Assembly: GCA_010015585.1 (NCBI GenBank)
Contig: ML975185.1
Source of the DNA: Eremomyces bilateralis CBS 781.70
Taxonomy: Eukaryota
Length of the DNA: 55,205 nt
Reading direction: 5' to 3' (one strand)
Position 1 is the first letter of the stretch. Each line of letters begins with the position of its first letter. Made by a program: the position numbers and the translations under genes. The notes beneath the pieces were generated by a model that saw nothing but the letters and a program-made list of their open reading frames with translations, did not search any database and was not told the DNA's origin. Below, in pieces: positions 11,955 to 25,552 of the stretch.

Positions 11955-12599
11955 GACGAGCGAGTGTGTGATGTTTGTTTTGGAAGTGAGCGGGAAGGAA
12001 AAGGATTTTAAGAAGGAGCAGATTTCCACAACCGAGTGAGGATTGGAAGTCGCGGTCAATTTGCAGCTTCGTGTTGATGCTGTGGCCGGCTGCTTCATTC
12101 CTTCACTGCTGTTTTGGGCAGGCACCGAAGTGATGGGAATCTGTCACTTCCTAATGTGGAAAGAAGGGTGGTCGAATCCAATTACATCACTCATTGACGA
12201 TAGGTGATTGGTTCGATGCTCCCCTCGTCCCCTAACTACCAGTTCCAGTTAAGGTCCTATCACGCACTAAAATATTACCGGTATCTCGCAGATACCTTCT
12301 ACAGTCCACATCTAAGGTAATGGAATGAATCAATATAGGAGATTAAAGATGAAAGAAGGCAACGTGCGGAAGACTTCATAATGGTTGGTTTGGTTTTCGG
12401 GTTTCATTATATTAATCTATTTATCCCCCAGTTCAAATTCACATGTGCATACATCAATCATGATGGTGTTTCATTAGACCGACCCAGCTCTGGCCTTTGC
12501 AGCGATATCATACGAGCCACAGCTCCAATTTCGACGGGAATTCGAGAGGGAAATTCCATTGAATTGACAATCCCCCCTATCCTTATGCCGGATTGAGCT

Positions 12600-13946
12600 C
12601 TACTTAGGTTCCGCAACATAAGGAGTCTCAATCGGGGCTTCTCCCTGAGGGGTAATGCGAGCCAAAAGTCGTCGTTCGCCGGTCGTCCAATCAACGATGG
12701 CAGAGTGCGAAGTGACGCGGTTCTGTTCTAGTTAGCCACTGTTACCACTCAGGCCTTGGTGGAGTTGAACTTACATCCCAAATAACCACAGTCCCAGGGG
12801 CCCATTTGACGCGAGCCTGATAGTCAATGCCCCGGCCAATGTGGTCGTACAAGAAGTTCAAGAGTGCTTCGCTCTCTTCGTCCTTAAATCCGACTATTTT
12901 CCGAGTGACTTGATGCCAATTAGCTAAGGATTTAGCTGCTGGGTAGGAAGACTTACAAATTTTATTCACAAATAAGGCTTTCTCGCCAGTTGCCGGGTGA
13001 GTACGCACGAGAGGATGCTCCGAGGTAATGCCCTCTCGTTTCACTATTCCCTCACGTTTCTTGCTAAACTCGACTTGTTCGATTCCAGAGTGAACAGCCT
13101 TGAGTCCATGCAGACGCTCCTTGAAAAGTGGTGACAACCGATTGTAGGCCTCGACCTGATTGACGAATGCAGTGTCGCCACCGACTTCCGGAACATCCAA
13201 GGCGTACAAGAATGTGGTGGCAGGTGGCTGCTTCTCATATGTGACGTCAGAGTGCCATGCGACAGTGCTATTCCGATTGCCCAAAATGAGGTCATATTCG
13301 CTCGTATTGACAGTTCGATGCACGATCATGAGCTCCGGATGGCCCTCAGCGGTTGGACCGGTCGGGTGGATGTGGAGAGGGCCGAAATGGCTTCCGAGGG
13401 CGACGGCCTCTTGAGGTGGCAAGTCGGCGAGGTCCTGGTTGCGGAATGCGACAACCTTTCGCTGGGCAACGAGCAAGGCGAGCTGGTCTTTGCCAGCGTC
13501 GCTGAGCTTGCTGAGCTGGACTCCAGAGACTTCGGATCCCGTGGTGGGTGTGAGGTGCTGGAGCTTGAAGCCTTCCGTCAGAAGGTCCTTGAAGGTTGGA
13601 TCCGCGCCTTTGCCCTTCTCGATGTGCTCGAATGGCTCGAGGGGTGGATATTTCTCGCCATGGTCCCAGACAGGCAGATAATGGGGGTACTGTGTGATCG
13701 TTAGTCCACGTCTACGGCAATTGGAGTGTGACAACATACAGTCGCAGGGACAGCGTTATCACCCTCTTCGTCAATTGCCCTTCGGATTTTAGGCTTTGCC
13801 TCAGCGGCCTTTTCCTCAGCGGTCTTTTCCTCAGCGGCCTTTTCCTCAGTGGGCTTTTCCTCAGCGGCCTTTTCCTCAGTGGGCTGAGGATCGGCCTGAA
13901 CCGAGATGGGGAGATTTTGGGTTTCGGTAGATGTCACGGTGGCCAT
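12600..13946 (-). CDS. TauD/TfdA-family alpha-ketoglutarate-dependent sulfonate dioxygenase (Jlp1-like)
   Basis: Introns 13739-13690, 12956-12909 and 12774-12723. YPHYLPVWD, WHSDVTYE (HxD), GGDT, HPLVRTHPATGEKALFVN, VIWDNRVTSHSA (distal His), RITP; TAG at 12602-12600. Confidence 0.95.
13799..13885 (-). repeat. 15-bp coding minisatellite (EEK[A/P/T][A/T] repeats) in the TauD N-terminus
   Basis: About 5.5 copies of cctcagYggNctttt on the + strand. Confidence 0.9.
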
Positions 13947-14190
13947 TTTCGGTGAATAGAAGTTGATGATCTAAGTACTCTCAGTCTTTAGCTATGGATT
14001 AAAATAGTAATCTCGATCCTGATGAATCAACAGCATCGGCGCGGGCCACTGAGAATATATACTGCATCACCTTCGAAACGGTCAACACCATAAAGCATCA
14101 ATATCGGATATAGCGGCACCAACAGGATCGTCATTTGATCATATTTTGTCGATTGATTCCTAAGATGCTCCAATGGTTCAGCGTCCAATT

Positions 14191-14200
14191 TTGGTGTCAT
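14191..14200. promoter_or_regulatory. Possible CYS3/MetR sulfur-regulator site
   Basis: TTGGTGTCAT is a 9/10 match to ATGRYRYCAT, in the divergent TauD/MFS intergenic region. Confidence 0.25.
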
Positions 14201-15147
14201 TTTTCAACACGAAGGCGTATGAGATGTAGTGGATTCCCTCGTCTGAACAGACCAATTGGTAAGACTTCTCAGACGGGTCAACCCCGCAGTCTCGCATACT
14301 ACTGATCCGATTATCTGATAACCCTGTTCGGTGTATTTGCTGCTACAGACCCGTATTCCAATTTCAAGCCGTTGCTTCAGTTGCGCAGTCGACAATGCCG
14401 GATTGCGGGGATCCCAACCTTTTCTGACCTTCAGAGCAAAACGATCCCCCGTTTAAGCAGTAAGACACCTATTAGCTCATTATCGAACGATAATAATCGT
14501 CTCGATGATTCGTTCCCCGGTTCCTGGCAAAAGTAGTGCGCTGTAATGTTTATAGTGCTAACGATTGATGGGCTAGAAGTGCAGATTGCGTTATTACGAC
14601 CATGAAATGATACAATCGAGCCGTGGGGTATTTCTGGTCCCATATATCCCCCTGCATTCTCCTCGACATTCCGACTTCGGAATACATAACAAAATCCTAT
14701 TGATAATATCGTGAAATCAAGGGGAAAATCAGAAGTCGGGCGTGAAGCTGACTTCTCGATATAACAATTTCGGATCGTGACATTAAATCAGAGAGGACTG
14801 AATTGGTGATAGAGTGACGGGAATGGGATCATCAAGGGATAGTGTCGCAGACCAAGGTATCATCTATGGGGGCCTTGGCCTACATCTCTGATACTGAACC
14901 CTTATCAGTCACCACATCACTATGGCTGAGAAGGGCTTTAGCCTGTATCTCCAATACTGAAAGCATATCAAGCACATCATACTCACGATGGATGTCATGC
15001 TATTCTTGGTTACGATGCAGGAGATGATAAGGGCACATGGTTCTTACACCATTGCTACATCGCTTGGTATGGAGTCTCATCGGGACTATAGAAATCTCGA
15101 GAAGTATATTTGACCTTTCTTTCCTCCCCTCCGATCCATCTACCGAA

Positions 15148-17470
15148 ATGAATTGGAACGTATCCCTATTCTTACCTGCCCTACAACGCAATGACAGACA
15201 AGCGCCCCAAGGACAACGGGAAGATGATTCCAGCATATAGTCCGAACAGTATGGAATTGAAGTAGGGCCTGCGGTGGCAAGGGTTGTCCTGGACAATGCA
15301 AAGTTGGTGACAGCAAAAGGCAACATTATCACCAAAGAGGGAGCTATCGCGGCCACTGGAGAAACCGACCCAAACATTTCCGCCAATCCCTTTGAGGATC
15401 CCCAGATCCGAGACTACTACGTTGGTGTCTATGAGAAAGCAAAATACGAGTGTCGACATGTCTTCGACGCGGAGGCCACATGTACAGAAGAAGAGGAGAA
15501 GAAGATCGTCAAGAAACTTGACTGGCATGGTATATACGCGATCTAGTATCTAGGGATTCGACTTATGATTACTCGTAATAGTATGCTTGTGGGCATGTAT
15601 TATGTTCTTCAGTCTACAGATTGATCGTGGAAACATCAATCAAGCCGTTTCGGGAACATTTTTGAAGGATCTTCACCTTAATACTAACGGTGGGTGGTCC
15701 GGCACTACCTTATCATTTGATATCTGACTTACATTATTAGATTTCAATCTTGGCCATACCGTGTTCTTGGTGTCTTTTCTCTTGGCCGAGTTACCATCTC
15801 AATTAGTCTCGAAGAAGTTTGGTCCAGACCGCTGGATTCCTACCCAAATGGATTTATGGTCCATAGTCGCCATGTCGCAAGCGGGGCTTCGAGGCAAGCA
15901 CGAATTTCTTGCAACTCGTGCTCTTCTTGGAATGCTTGAGGTGTGTTAGCTGATTCCCATAATGCGTCCCTGCTGATCGAATCGAATCTAGGGTGGTTTC
16001 ATCCCAGATCTAGTACTTTGGCTCTCTTACTTCTACACTAGTCGCGAGCTTCCCCTCAGGTTGAGTTTCTTCTGGACAGCCTTGAGTATCACTGGTATCA
16101 TTGCTTCGCTTCTTGCATTCGGAATCTTCCATCTCGAAGGCCACCATGGTCTTGCTGGCTGGAGGTAGAGTTCCATTTGCTTTATTCTGGGACAATGATT
16201 GACACACTTTCAGGTGGATCTTCTTAATCAAAGGAACGCTCACACTTGCCCTTGGCATTGTGTCCTTCTTCCTCATGCCGGCATCTGCAGCCCAGACAAA
16301 GACGTGGTTTCGACTTAAGGGATGGTTTACTGATCGCGAACTTTCTACAGTGGTGAATCGAGTGTTAAGATATGATCCCCGCAAAGGTGACTCAACCCTA
16401 TATCTAGAGGCGAGCCGAGACTGATCCATCGCAATAGGAGGCATGCATAATCGACAGGCAATCACCCCACGTCGACTGTGGACTGCATTGGAAGATTATG
16501 ATCTCTGGCCAGTAGGTATTTTCTTAACTGGGCTCCAGCGGATGCTAACTGTGGATCAAGATTTACATGCTCGGTATCATATGTTTTATTCCACAGGGAC
16601 CACCAGCTTACTATCTCACGCAAATTCTTCGGAATCTTGGGTTTAACACAGTAAGTATTCCCTCTACTGGGCGTTCCACCAGCTAATGTCGTTAGTTCAA
16701 TACCAACCTTCTTACCATTCCATCAGGAGTGGCCCATATGATCACTCTTATCGGCGTTACCTGGCTAAGCGAAAAATTTAATCAACGCGCGCTTTTTGCC
16801 ATGCTACAAGCCATATGGACCCTTCCTTGCATTATTGCTCTCCGAGTGTGGCCAGGTCTCATGAAAGAACAAATGGGCCACCTTTGGTCTACTCGTCGTG
16901 TTACTAAGCTATCCATATTGCCATGCTATTAACGTGTAAGTATACTCCAATGTCGGATAGGCGCGAACTCCCGTGACTGGAGCTAATGACTTTCGGTATT
17001 TTTGCAGGGCTTGGGTGTCGAGAAACTCGAACAACGTTGGCTCTCGCAGCATATCTGCCGCCCTATGCAATAGTAAGCTATGTTCATTTCGGCTTCCAGT
17101 GCCACCAGACCTAACGACACCGCTCCAGTGGCCGTTCAATTGGGCGGCATCGCCTCGGCAAACATCGATCGTGACGATGACAAGCCGTTGTATAAGCGAG
17201 GCAACCAAGTCTTGATTGGAATCAACGTACTGAGCATTGTTCTGTGCCTTTACGCAAAGGTATACTACGTCATCAAGAACAAATTCGTGATCGCAAATGG
17301 AATGCAATGACTCCTGAGGTAAGTTTGCCGAGTTTAGCTTCGTGGATCCTGTCTACTGAGGATCAAGACTTCGTGTCGTTTGCTGACTATCATCCCAGGA
17401 GCGCATTGACTACACGTACAATACTACGGACACTGCCAGTCGGCAACTCGACTTCCGATTTGCCCATTGA
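15148..17470 (+). pseudogene. MFS Dal5/allantoate-permease-family transporter (probably sulfonate uptake), disrupted
   Basis: Multi-exon: [67 protein letters not shown]. Lesions: in-frame TAG at 15238-15240, +1 frameshift near 16865, -1 frameshift near 17283, plus substitutions at normally conserved sites. Confidence 0.8.
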
Positions 17471-19515
17471 GACTCAATGTCCGATATATCGAGCTCTATT
17501 CGGCTTCCCTTGTCCGTGTGGAAGCGCCAGCAAGTGTACCCAAGCGGAACTGCGGACTGACGGGCAAGAACTTGTCCAACCTTACCTATAAATTCAACGT
17601 CATTCGTTTCCAAACGATATCCCTTCGGTCACCAACTCCTGTTGATGTTTAATGATTTCATTTGCATTATGGAGATGTTTCCCGTCCTAGACATGTCAAT
17701 ACATTTGTGGTTTCTAGCAGGGGTTTATCTACATTATATTTCATATCATCGAACACACCAATGAAGTGGCCGTCATCTTTCAACGTATTGACTTGGGGGT
17801 GTACGGTTGAGTGAAAAGCGCTGGTTATTAGCTATCTATGACAGTCAGTCAATATACGTCCTGGATAGTCTTACATTTGCTTTTGTATCCGAACCTGATC
17901 TGTAGTATGACTGATGAATCGTAAATATTCTTGAATGGTCCTATATCGTGCGACTTTGCGCTGGTTCGCAAGAGAACTCACTACCGATATCCTAACGCTC
18001 GAAAACAGCCTGCCGCTGCCGATGGACAGTCCTATTAGCCCTAAATCTGACTTCTTGCTGTTGGACTCTGGCCTCAAGCTAGATCTCAATTTTCTGGTGG
18101 TATATTATGATCTTTCAGGGCAATGAAACGACACTCCTCGGTCACCAAGTCGATGACGGGGTGTCGCAGCTCGCCGATGTTGGGCAGCATGAGGCAGTGT
18201 CGAACCGAATCCCGCATCGTGTGCTCCGAATAACTAAATCATCTAACTGACACGGCGGGAGAAACAAGTACTACCGGATTGAACAGACTTAAATGGAATA
18301 TCAACACGGCTTTCACCCTTGTTGAATATCCACATCCCAAATGTCTCAGCACCCCGCAACACCGACTATGAAAAATGCCAGCAGAGTTCAAGGGGTGGAA
18401 TGAGAACACTCTCACCGCGTAGAAACGTCCCAAGCACCCCCAAACTCCAACCGTAAAAAATTATCCAAGTCCCGACGGGAAAGGACGTCAAACGACAGCA
18501 AACACATGGGCGGCAGGGAGCGGGGGCATTGGAAGATGTCGCTCTATTCGCCTTCTACTAGATTATCTATGAGCTGGCTCAATCTTCATGCACCGTTAAG
18601 TCAACTTCCTTCTGCCTACTTCCGCCAACACTTTTTATGCCTTGGAAATCTCCAATCTGGCTGGTTGTGTTCTCATATCATATCTGCTCAGGTGCTCAGG
18701 GGCCGAAGCGGACGCTATACCCAAAGGGAACTAGCGTGTTAACCACTGATACGACTGATGCTGCATTATATGAGAGCCTGGAACATTTCGCTTGCTTCGG
18801 GCTCGATATGCTGAGGGGAGTTACCTTAAAATATGGGAACCATGAAGGTGTTAATTCTAAGCCATTAGACACTTATTGCTTGAGGTAGAGATCACCAATC
18901 TGCACGGTTGCACCAAACAGGCCCCTGAATCGGGTAGGGAAACACAGTGTCCGCTGTACCACCGCCGACCGCTTCCAAATGTTTCCTAAGTAATTTTGAA
19001 ACCGTTGTACAGCCAGACTCCATGGATATATGTGCCGCTACATATTCTCATGGTAAAATGCTCTAGATGTTGGATTTGGTTCTGCACACCCCGCTTCAGT
19101 GTCTGAGACAGAGCAGCTCGGTTCATGGGCAACAGGTGAACATCATCACAGGACTTCCGAGAATCTCCAAAGGGGGAGAATAAAGGTAATATCTGTATCA
19201 TCATCACATGTGCCCATCACATTGCCGTGTGGGGCCTAGTTCAAACCTGAAGATAGCACATGCAGGTGACCGATGGTCAAACACAAATAAAGTCGACCTT
19301 CCCTCTCAGTGTTTTCTACATTCCACTCCTACATTCCACTCCTACATCTCACACCTACCTAAATCAACATCATCCAACTCTCTGTTCATTCGCTTGAAAT
19401 CTCGCACACTAGGTACGTATTGGCCTTGTAGGTGATGATATTTACTGACAGAAGTCAAGCTTCGTACTGCAAACCAAATACCAAACCATCAGTCCTCAAG
19501 TCGACCATCGTCAAA

Positions 19516-20232
19516 ATGGTTGCGATTTCTAAGCTCTCTGTTGTTGCTGCGGCGATGAGCATCACTGGTAAGTTCCGGTGCCTTCTCCACTCCAGAAGTT
19601 CTGCAATCGGGATTTTATCAATGCCTATTCCCATGACCTCATGTCTTGGTCTACAGGAGATGATGGTGATATGGGATTCAAGCGACGTTTTTTCTACTCC
19701 AGATTGCCAAGGCTTTTATGCTAATCGGCAGTCCCAGTCTCTGCCAATGACCTTCTCGTGGCGAATGCCAATGGGGTTGGATTACAGGCCCGACATGGTA
19801 AGCATCAGTTTCCTCACTTCTAGCTGCTGAATATGACACTGACACGGTAAAGATCCCGAGACTGTCACGGTCACGGTGACTCCGGACTCTTGCCTCCATT
19901 GCGCTCATGAGACGTCCGCTCCACCTACGGCCCCGATCGCCAGCTCTGATATTCCTGCAGAGTCCACCTCGGAGCCGTTCCCTCTCCCTCCTTCGGGCAT
20001 CCATTCCTCTACTCCTTCCGGCGGCGATTACTCAGGCACCATTAGCACCAGCATGACGGCATCTGCTCCGTCCTCCATTCATCATGCCACTACGAGCACC
20101 GGCCACAATGAGAGCACTTCTTCTGTGCCGTCCAAGACCACGGTACCTGCTGAAACCAACAAGGCTGCTGGAAAGGTCATCAACGGTGGAGTCCTTGGAT
20201 TTGTTGCTGGTCTTGTGATGGTAATGGCCTAA
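19516..20232 (+). CDS. Small secreted Ser/Thr-rich, probably GPI-anchored protein
   Basis: Signal MVAISKLSVVAAAMSITVPVSA; introns 19568-19731 and 19798-19852 give a continuous frame. C-terminus ETNKAAGKVINGGVLGFVAGLVMVMA. Probable 5'-UTR intron from 19413 to about 19451. Confidence 0.8.
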
Positions 20233-20985
20233 TCAAATCATAACTCATCCCTGACGACACACCTCCCTACTCCACTACGCCGGATGGCATCCCATAGCTG
20301 ATCGCGCATTTCCCTCTGCTTTCTCTCTCAAATACCCAGGTGAACGGCGGAGGATTGGTGGACTGGTTCCTTGGGTATAAAATTTGCATTCACGGATAAT
20401 ACTGAGTGGCTTCCATCTCTACATAGCAAAATGGATCTCTGATTCAACCCCTGTTGTCCCCATCTATGCCGTGGTGATGCCGTAGAACACCTTCTTGGGT
20501 CCGAAAACCTGAAAACCTGAAACCCGCGGATCACAACCGAACGCAGGTAAAAACGAAACCAGGCCGCAGCGGATCACTGCAGTAGTAATTCCGAGGTGTG
20601 CGCGAGATGATGGTCAATCGTCCGGCGCTTACGCATGGTCAAGATCCGGCAACCGCCTCGCGCTTCGTTTGTTTATATTTACTGACCCTTCGGTAGCGTA
20701 CCGGCAGTAGGGTGATGCAAGTTTTCTTGCCTCTGTATTGGTAGTGATGCGCTCAACACCTTCGTGGCACGACCTTAGCGTCAACGGTCAAGCCCTGAAT
20801 CGCTTCGTGCTGCTGTGTGACCAAAACAACTCTATGTAACTTCGCACAATGCTCAAGTATCGAATATTGTACAACATTATTAATTCGGCACCCCGGAAGA
20901 CCGAGCTCCAACACTCCTGCACTTTAAAGCGTAGTGTAAAGGAATCCGGTTGACGATCCCTGGTTCCGTTTGCCTCTGTTCGCCA

Positions 20986-23900
20986 TTATCCGTCATCATC
21001 GTCAACTGCCCGACAAAGTGTGCAGCCATTCTGTACGGCGGCGCGGATAATGTGCGCATGCGCAACTTTCGCTCCCACGCTTCTAGTCGACTCGATGAAC
21101 TCGTTACCCGTCGCGGCATCGACGGCCAATCGGGCCTGCAGACGTTCCGCCGCTGCAATGCTGTCCGGGTTGGACGATGGGAACGTTTTGAGCATGCAGG
21201 ATAGGTGATAGACATGCCCGCACGCAAAACCGAGGAGTGTTTCATAATCTGCGAAATGTTAGTTGCATGCAGGAAAGCGACGATGCAAAAAGGCTGACCG
21301 TCTTCGTGGAAAACTCTTCCGCACTCAACGCAGTGTCCGGCTTTCGCTTCTTTCGGGCTTCTCCCTGGCGACATTGGCAATTCACCTGCGTCATCCAGAT
21401 TGTTCGAGGCGTCTGACTCCAGTTGCGGTTGTGCCTCCGCCGATGTTTCTATCTCGCCATCCGGCTCAAGGATTTGTGGCAATTCGTACTCAATGTCGAA
21501 CTTCACCCCTTTTCTTCGGCCTTCACGCAGTTTATCCAAGCCCGCAGCAACTTCGCTATAGAGCACGCGTGCGACGCCTTCGGAGATGCTGTTCTGCAGC
21601 TCGAACTCTTTTACCATGCGGCCGATGCCATCCCGAAGTCCATCGATCTCCAGTCCCTCGGGGATGCGCCGAATAAGCTTGATAGGGTCGATGGCAGTGC
21701 CGATTTCATACAGTAGTCCGCGAATGAAACTGGGTTTATCCATACTGTAATCCAGGAGGTCGTCCCACAGGTCCTGGTCAGCTTGATCTTTAGCATAAGA
21801 GATAGCCATCGAGACGTCGGCAAGGGAGTCGATTATGAGATATAAAGCACGCTTGGTTTCACCAGTTTTGGAGAGAAGGAATCTGTGGATATCATCAATT
21901 AGTTCCATGGAAGGAGCTTGGGATGGTAAGTTTCCGACTTACACCAGCTCTTCAGTGTAACCTCTTTTCTCACAGATCGCGATAGCTCCACCCAAAGCGT
22001 AGCTGTCCGATGCCCGAAGAAACTCCTTGAGAAGGGGCCGATCATATTCAGCGAAGAGTTCCACCGCCAGATCGCCAAACTCTTCGACGAAAGACTGCCC
22101 CTCGATGGCAACACGATCGCGCATCCTCGACGTTTTCGTGCCTTTCTCACTCCCGCCACCTTTCCACAAGGCTTTCAAGTAGAAGTACAGAAACGGCTGA
22201 ATCTTCGGTCCCTTCGTCTGTAGTTGATCGACCACGGTGTCGGACGGCACTATGCCTTGGTAGGCTTCATCGACGAGCAGCCGCACGGCTTCCGAGCTGA
22301 GTTCCTCAAGTTCACTGAGATGACCTGCGCTAAGCTGCTCTTTCGATATTCTTAGAAGAAGGAATCCTTGGATGTCATCCGACAAAGCCCCGACGAGGTG
22401 GTAGTCTCTTATGAGCGCCATTGCCGCGTCCGCATCTTGCAATTGAATGTAGCACTTCAGCGCATCCTTCTGTCTGCCGCTGGCGACGTAGAGTCGAGCG
22501 AGAGAGCTCAACAGGAACCGCCAATCTCGGCCCTTTTCGCCATCCTCTACGGTTTCTTCTGTCGCAAGGCCGGAATCCAACTGGCTCTCGATGGCCGAAA
22601 TGACGCTTTTCGAGTCGAAAAGGTCGGGGTCCCAGATGTCAAGCAGGTCCCGTAATCGAGATTGATCATGGTGGATGTAATGGCCAAGGACGACGGTGTA
22701 TACATCTGAAGGCAATGCCGGATGGATGTCGTAACTTGGGATGTGAGGTGTTATCTCATCAAACCGCCCAGCATGTGCAAAGGTAAGCACCCAGTGTTCC
22801 CATCTCGATGACGTGCCCAAAACTTGACCCGCAACTCGACCAGCAGTGACCCAATCTCCGGCAGAGACGAGCTGCTGAAGCCAGAGCTCGCCGACCCTGC
22901 GTTTCTCCTTCGACACGGCCGAATTATGGGCCTTGTTCATGGAGAGGGTAGTCTGCGACGCGCTATCGTCGGCCAAAAAGTCCGCCAAACTTTGTCCTTT
23001 CTTGGAGGGGGTGGTCGGTGTTTCGTCGCCGCTGGGCCGGTCGGGGGCAATGGCAACCACTTCCGGATGCTCATTGATGAGCTCCCATGCGCGTTGATAC
23101 TTTCGGTGGTCCAACAGGAAAGAGAGATGATCGGATAGATCCCTCTTGATCGCCAAAATCGAGTCATAAGGGCTTGCGAGGAAAATCTTCAGTCCTGGAC
23201 GGATCGCTGCAACGGGAACCTCCTTTAAAGCCCTCGTCGAAGGCGCGACTTTTCCCGAGCCAGTAGAGCCTGGCGGTGTCGAAGCTTTATCCTTTTCGCT
23301 ACTCGGAAGACTGAAGATACTTGCCCCCGAGCTAAATACTCTTCCCGCGCTGGCTCCGGCATCCCACAAACTGCCAGAAATCGCCCCGAGCGCGCCTCGC
23401 TGCGTTTGCAGCGGTCCTTGGTTCGCGGGCACGTACAGGGTGCTGATGTGGTAGTCCGCGGCGGCCAATGACTCGTATCGACTAATTGTTAACATGTCTA
23501 CATCTACTTCGTCTTTCGTATTCACGTCGATCAGACGGACTTCGGGAGACAATCCATTCTGTCTGTGATGCACGCCTCGTCGTGGTGTCGTCTCGAGCGA
23601 GGGAGCGATGGGTTTATCGTCGTCGTCCTTGGTCCGGTATGCAAGAATCAGAAGTAAAGAAGGGGTATAGAGCGCCAGACCCGATAATATGCAGTCGTCA
23701 AAGAACAGTCTACACGTATTAGCTTCTTGATCACGATTCGGGCTCTTCTTACATACTTGTGTACAATATCCACACTGCCGGAGAACCTCTCGCCGGCATC
23801 TTTCCCAACACCGGCTCGCTCCGATTTGACGAGAAGTACCCATGCTGTATCGCCCCACCCGACAACCAGCTTCTCTACCGAATGTTTTGCGTTGGTCCCA

Positions 23901-24967
23901 TTCTGCACAACTGGACCCTCCTCATCGGATTCGAGCCAGTCCGTGTTCACCCAGTCGGCGCGGCCTTTCCATCCACCACCAAGATCTTCCCAGTTCCCAT
24001 GCTTCGGCCTGTCGATATGGCCGATGGTCTTCCAGGCGCGTTCGGAATCCAGGCTGTCTAGCTTGAGGTTTGTCCGCATGATTTTGATTCCATGCTCGTT
24101 GATCCACACGACAAACTTCCCCGATAGCGACCACTTGATCGTGCTAATGCTACCCTCCCCGGAGTGCAAGACCGCGTCCTTCCCAGGGTTGGATCCGATT
24201 CCAAGCGAGCCCAGCCAACCCGACGCCGCCGCAGCTGCGCTGTTCGTGTTGGCATTGGACGAGGCGCCAAGTCGGCCGCCACTTGTGAGGATCAATTGCC
24301 CGGCAAGGCCCCCCGACACGAATGACCGGTCGCTCTTATACTCAGGGGACAACGCCACCGCCTGGATCGGCCGGGCGAAGTTCCGCAGCATCACGTCCTT
24401 TGGGTCCACCAACGACTGGACACATACGTGACCGTCGATCGAGGCAGTCGCGATGTATATCGAGTTGGAGGGCGTTGTGGGGATCTGAGCATGTCGTGGA
24501 GTACGAGGGGACGACGTTGGCGGTGCCATGGGAGCCGACCGTCGACTCTCGGGGCTCGTGACTCGTGGTTTCGTCGCGGCCTCGGAACGCGCTGATGGCA
24601 ATGGCGGAGGGAATGGCGAGACGGAGACGGAGGTAATCGAGGCGGTATGTGCGCGATAGTGCCGAAGGCTTTGGAACGAAGGAATCGTGAGGACATGGAC
24701 GCTTCCGTTATGTGTCCCCATGATCATCTTGTCTCCCGCAACCATAAAGGCACTTGTCGCGTCGCCATTGCGATAGACGGGGCTGAGCATCGATGTGAGG
24801 CGGGTGTACTTGAGCTTCGGCTCGTCCTCGTCCTCTCCATCGTCTTCCTCGGCCGTATGATTGGGGTCCGGAGAGGCATTCTGGGGAAGTGGTGGAGGAT
24901 TCGGCGGCGTCTCCGGGCGCCTTTTGAATATATCATCTTGGTCTCCCTCTTCTGATTCCCCAGCCAT
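20986..24967 (-). CDS. VPS41: HOPS complex subunit Vps41
   Basis: Introns 23756-23710, 21942-21883 and 21298-21249. EPKLKYTRLT, WD40 region (ATASIDG, AVALSPEY, SGGLAG, IKWS), clathrin-repeat region (QADQDLWDDLLDYSMDKP) and C-terminal RING-H2 (CVECG...FACGHVYHLSC...CTLC). Confidence 0.95.
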
Positions 24968-25552
24968 GCTGAGGCATGCACTGCGAAGACTCAGGGGTGA
25001 TGTAGCAGCTTCATGTATGGTATGGTCGACCTGGGAGTTGGTTTGGCTGGTGTCCGTATGGGTGAATCGAAGGATGATGTCGTTGGTTCTCTAGTTCCAC
25101 CATCTGTCCGACACAGTGATCTCACCCTGTTCTGGTCCAACACAAAGGCACCAAGGCACCAACTCCAATGGACCGAGGATGCCCCGGTACCTGATTCCCG
25201 GTCCTGGCTGATCCGTGAATAATACGCTAATACATGCTAAAATGCGTAACTATGTGCATGAGTAAATTACTGAAATATTCCGTATTGGTACACTAATTAC
25301 CGGACAGTGGACGGAGACATGACAAGGCTAATACTCCATATTAAAGTGCGATAATACGGAATACAAAGTTTGAATAACGATATCTTGCATTTCTTTGGAG
25401 GTGCTCTAACAGAAGAACGTTGCCGTTTAACACCTACCGCTTCGCCTTTATATTAGTAGCATCTGTGGAATCTGTAGCATCTGCGGCATTGGATATTGCC
25501 AATGATGATTCCTTCAGCTCTTCATCGATAAAACCCCCGACCTTACCTGTCC

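Noticed and set aside
23727..24431. 234-aa plus-strand ORF
   Set aside because: Antisense shadow of VPS41.
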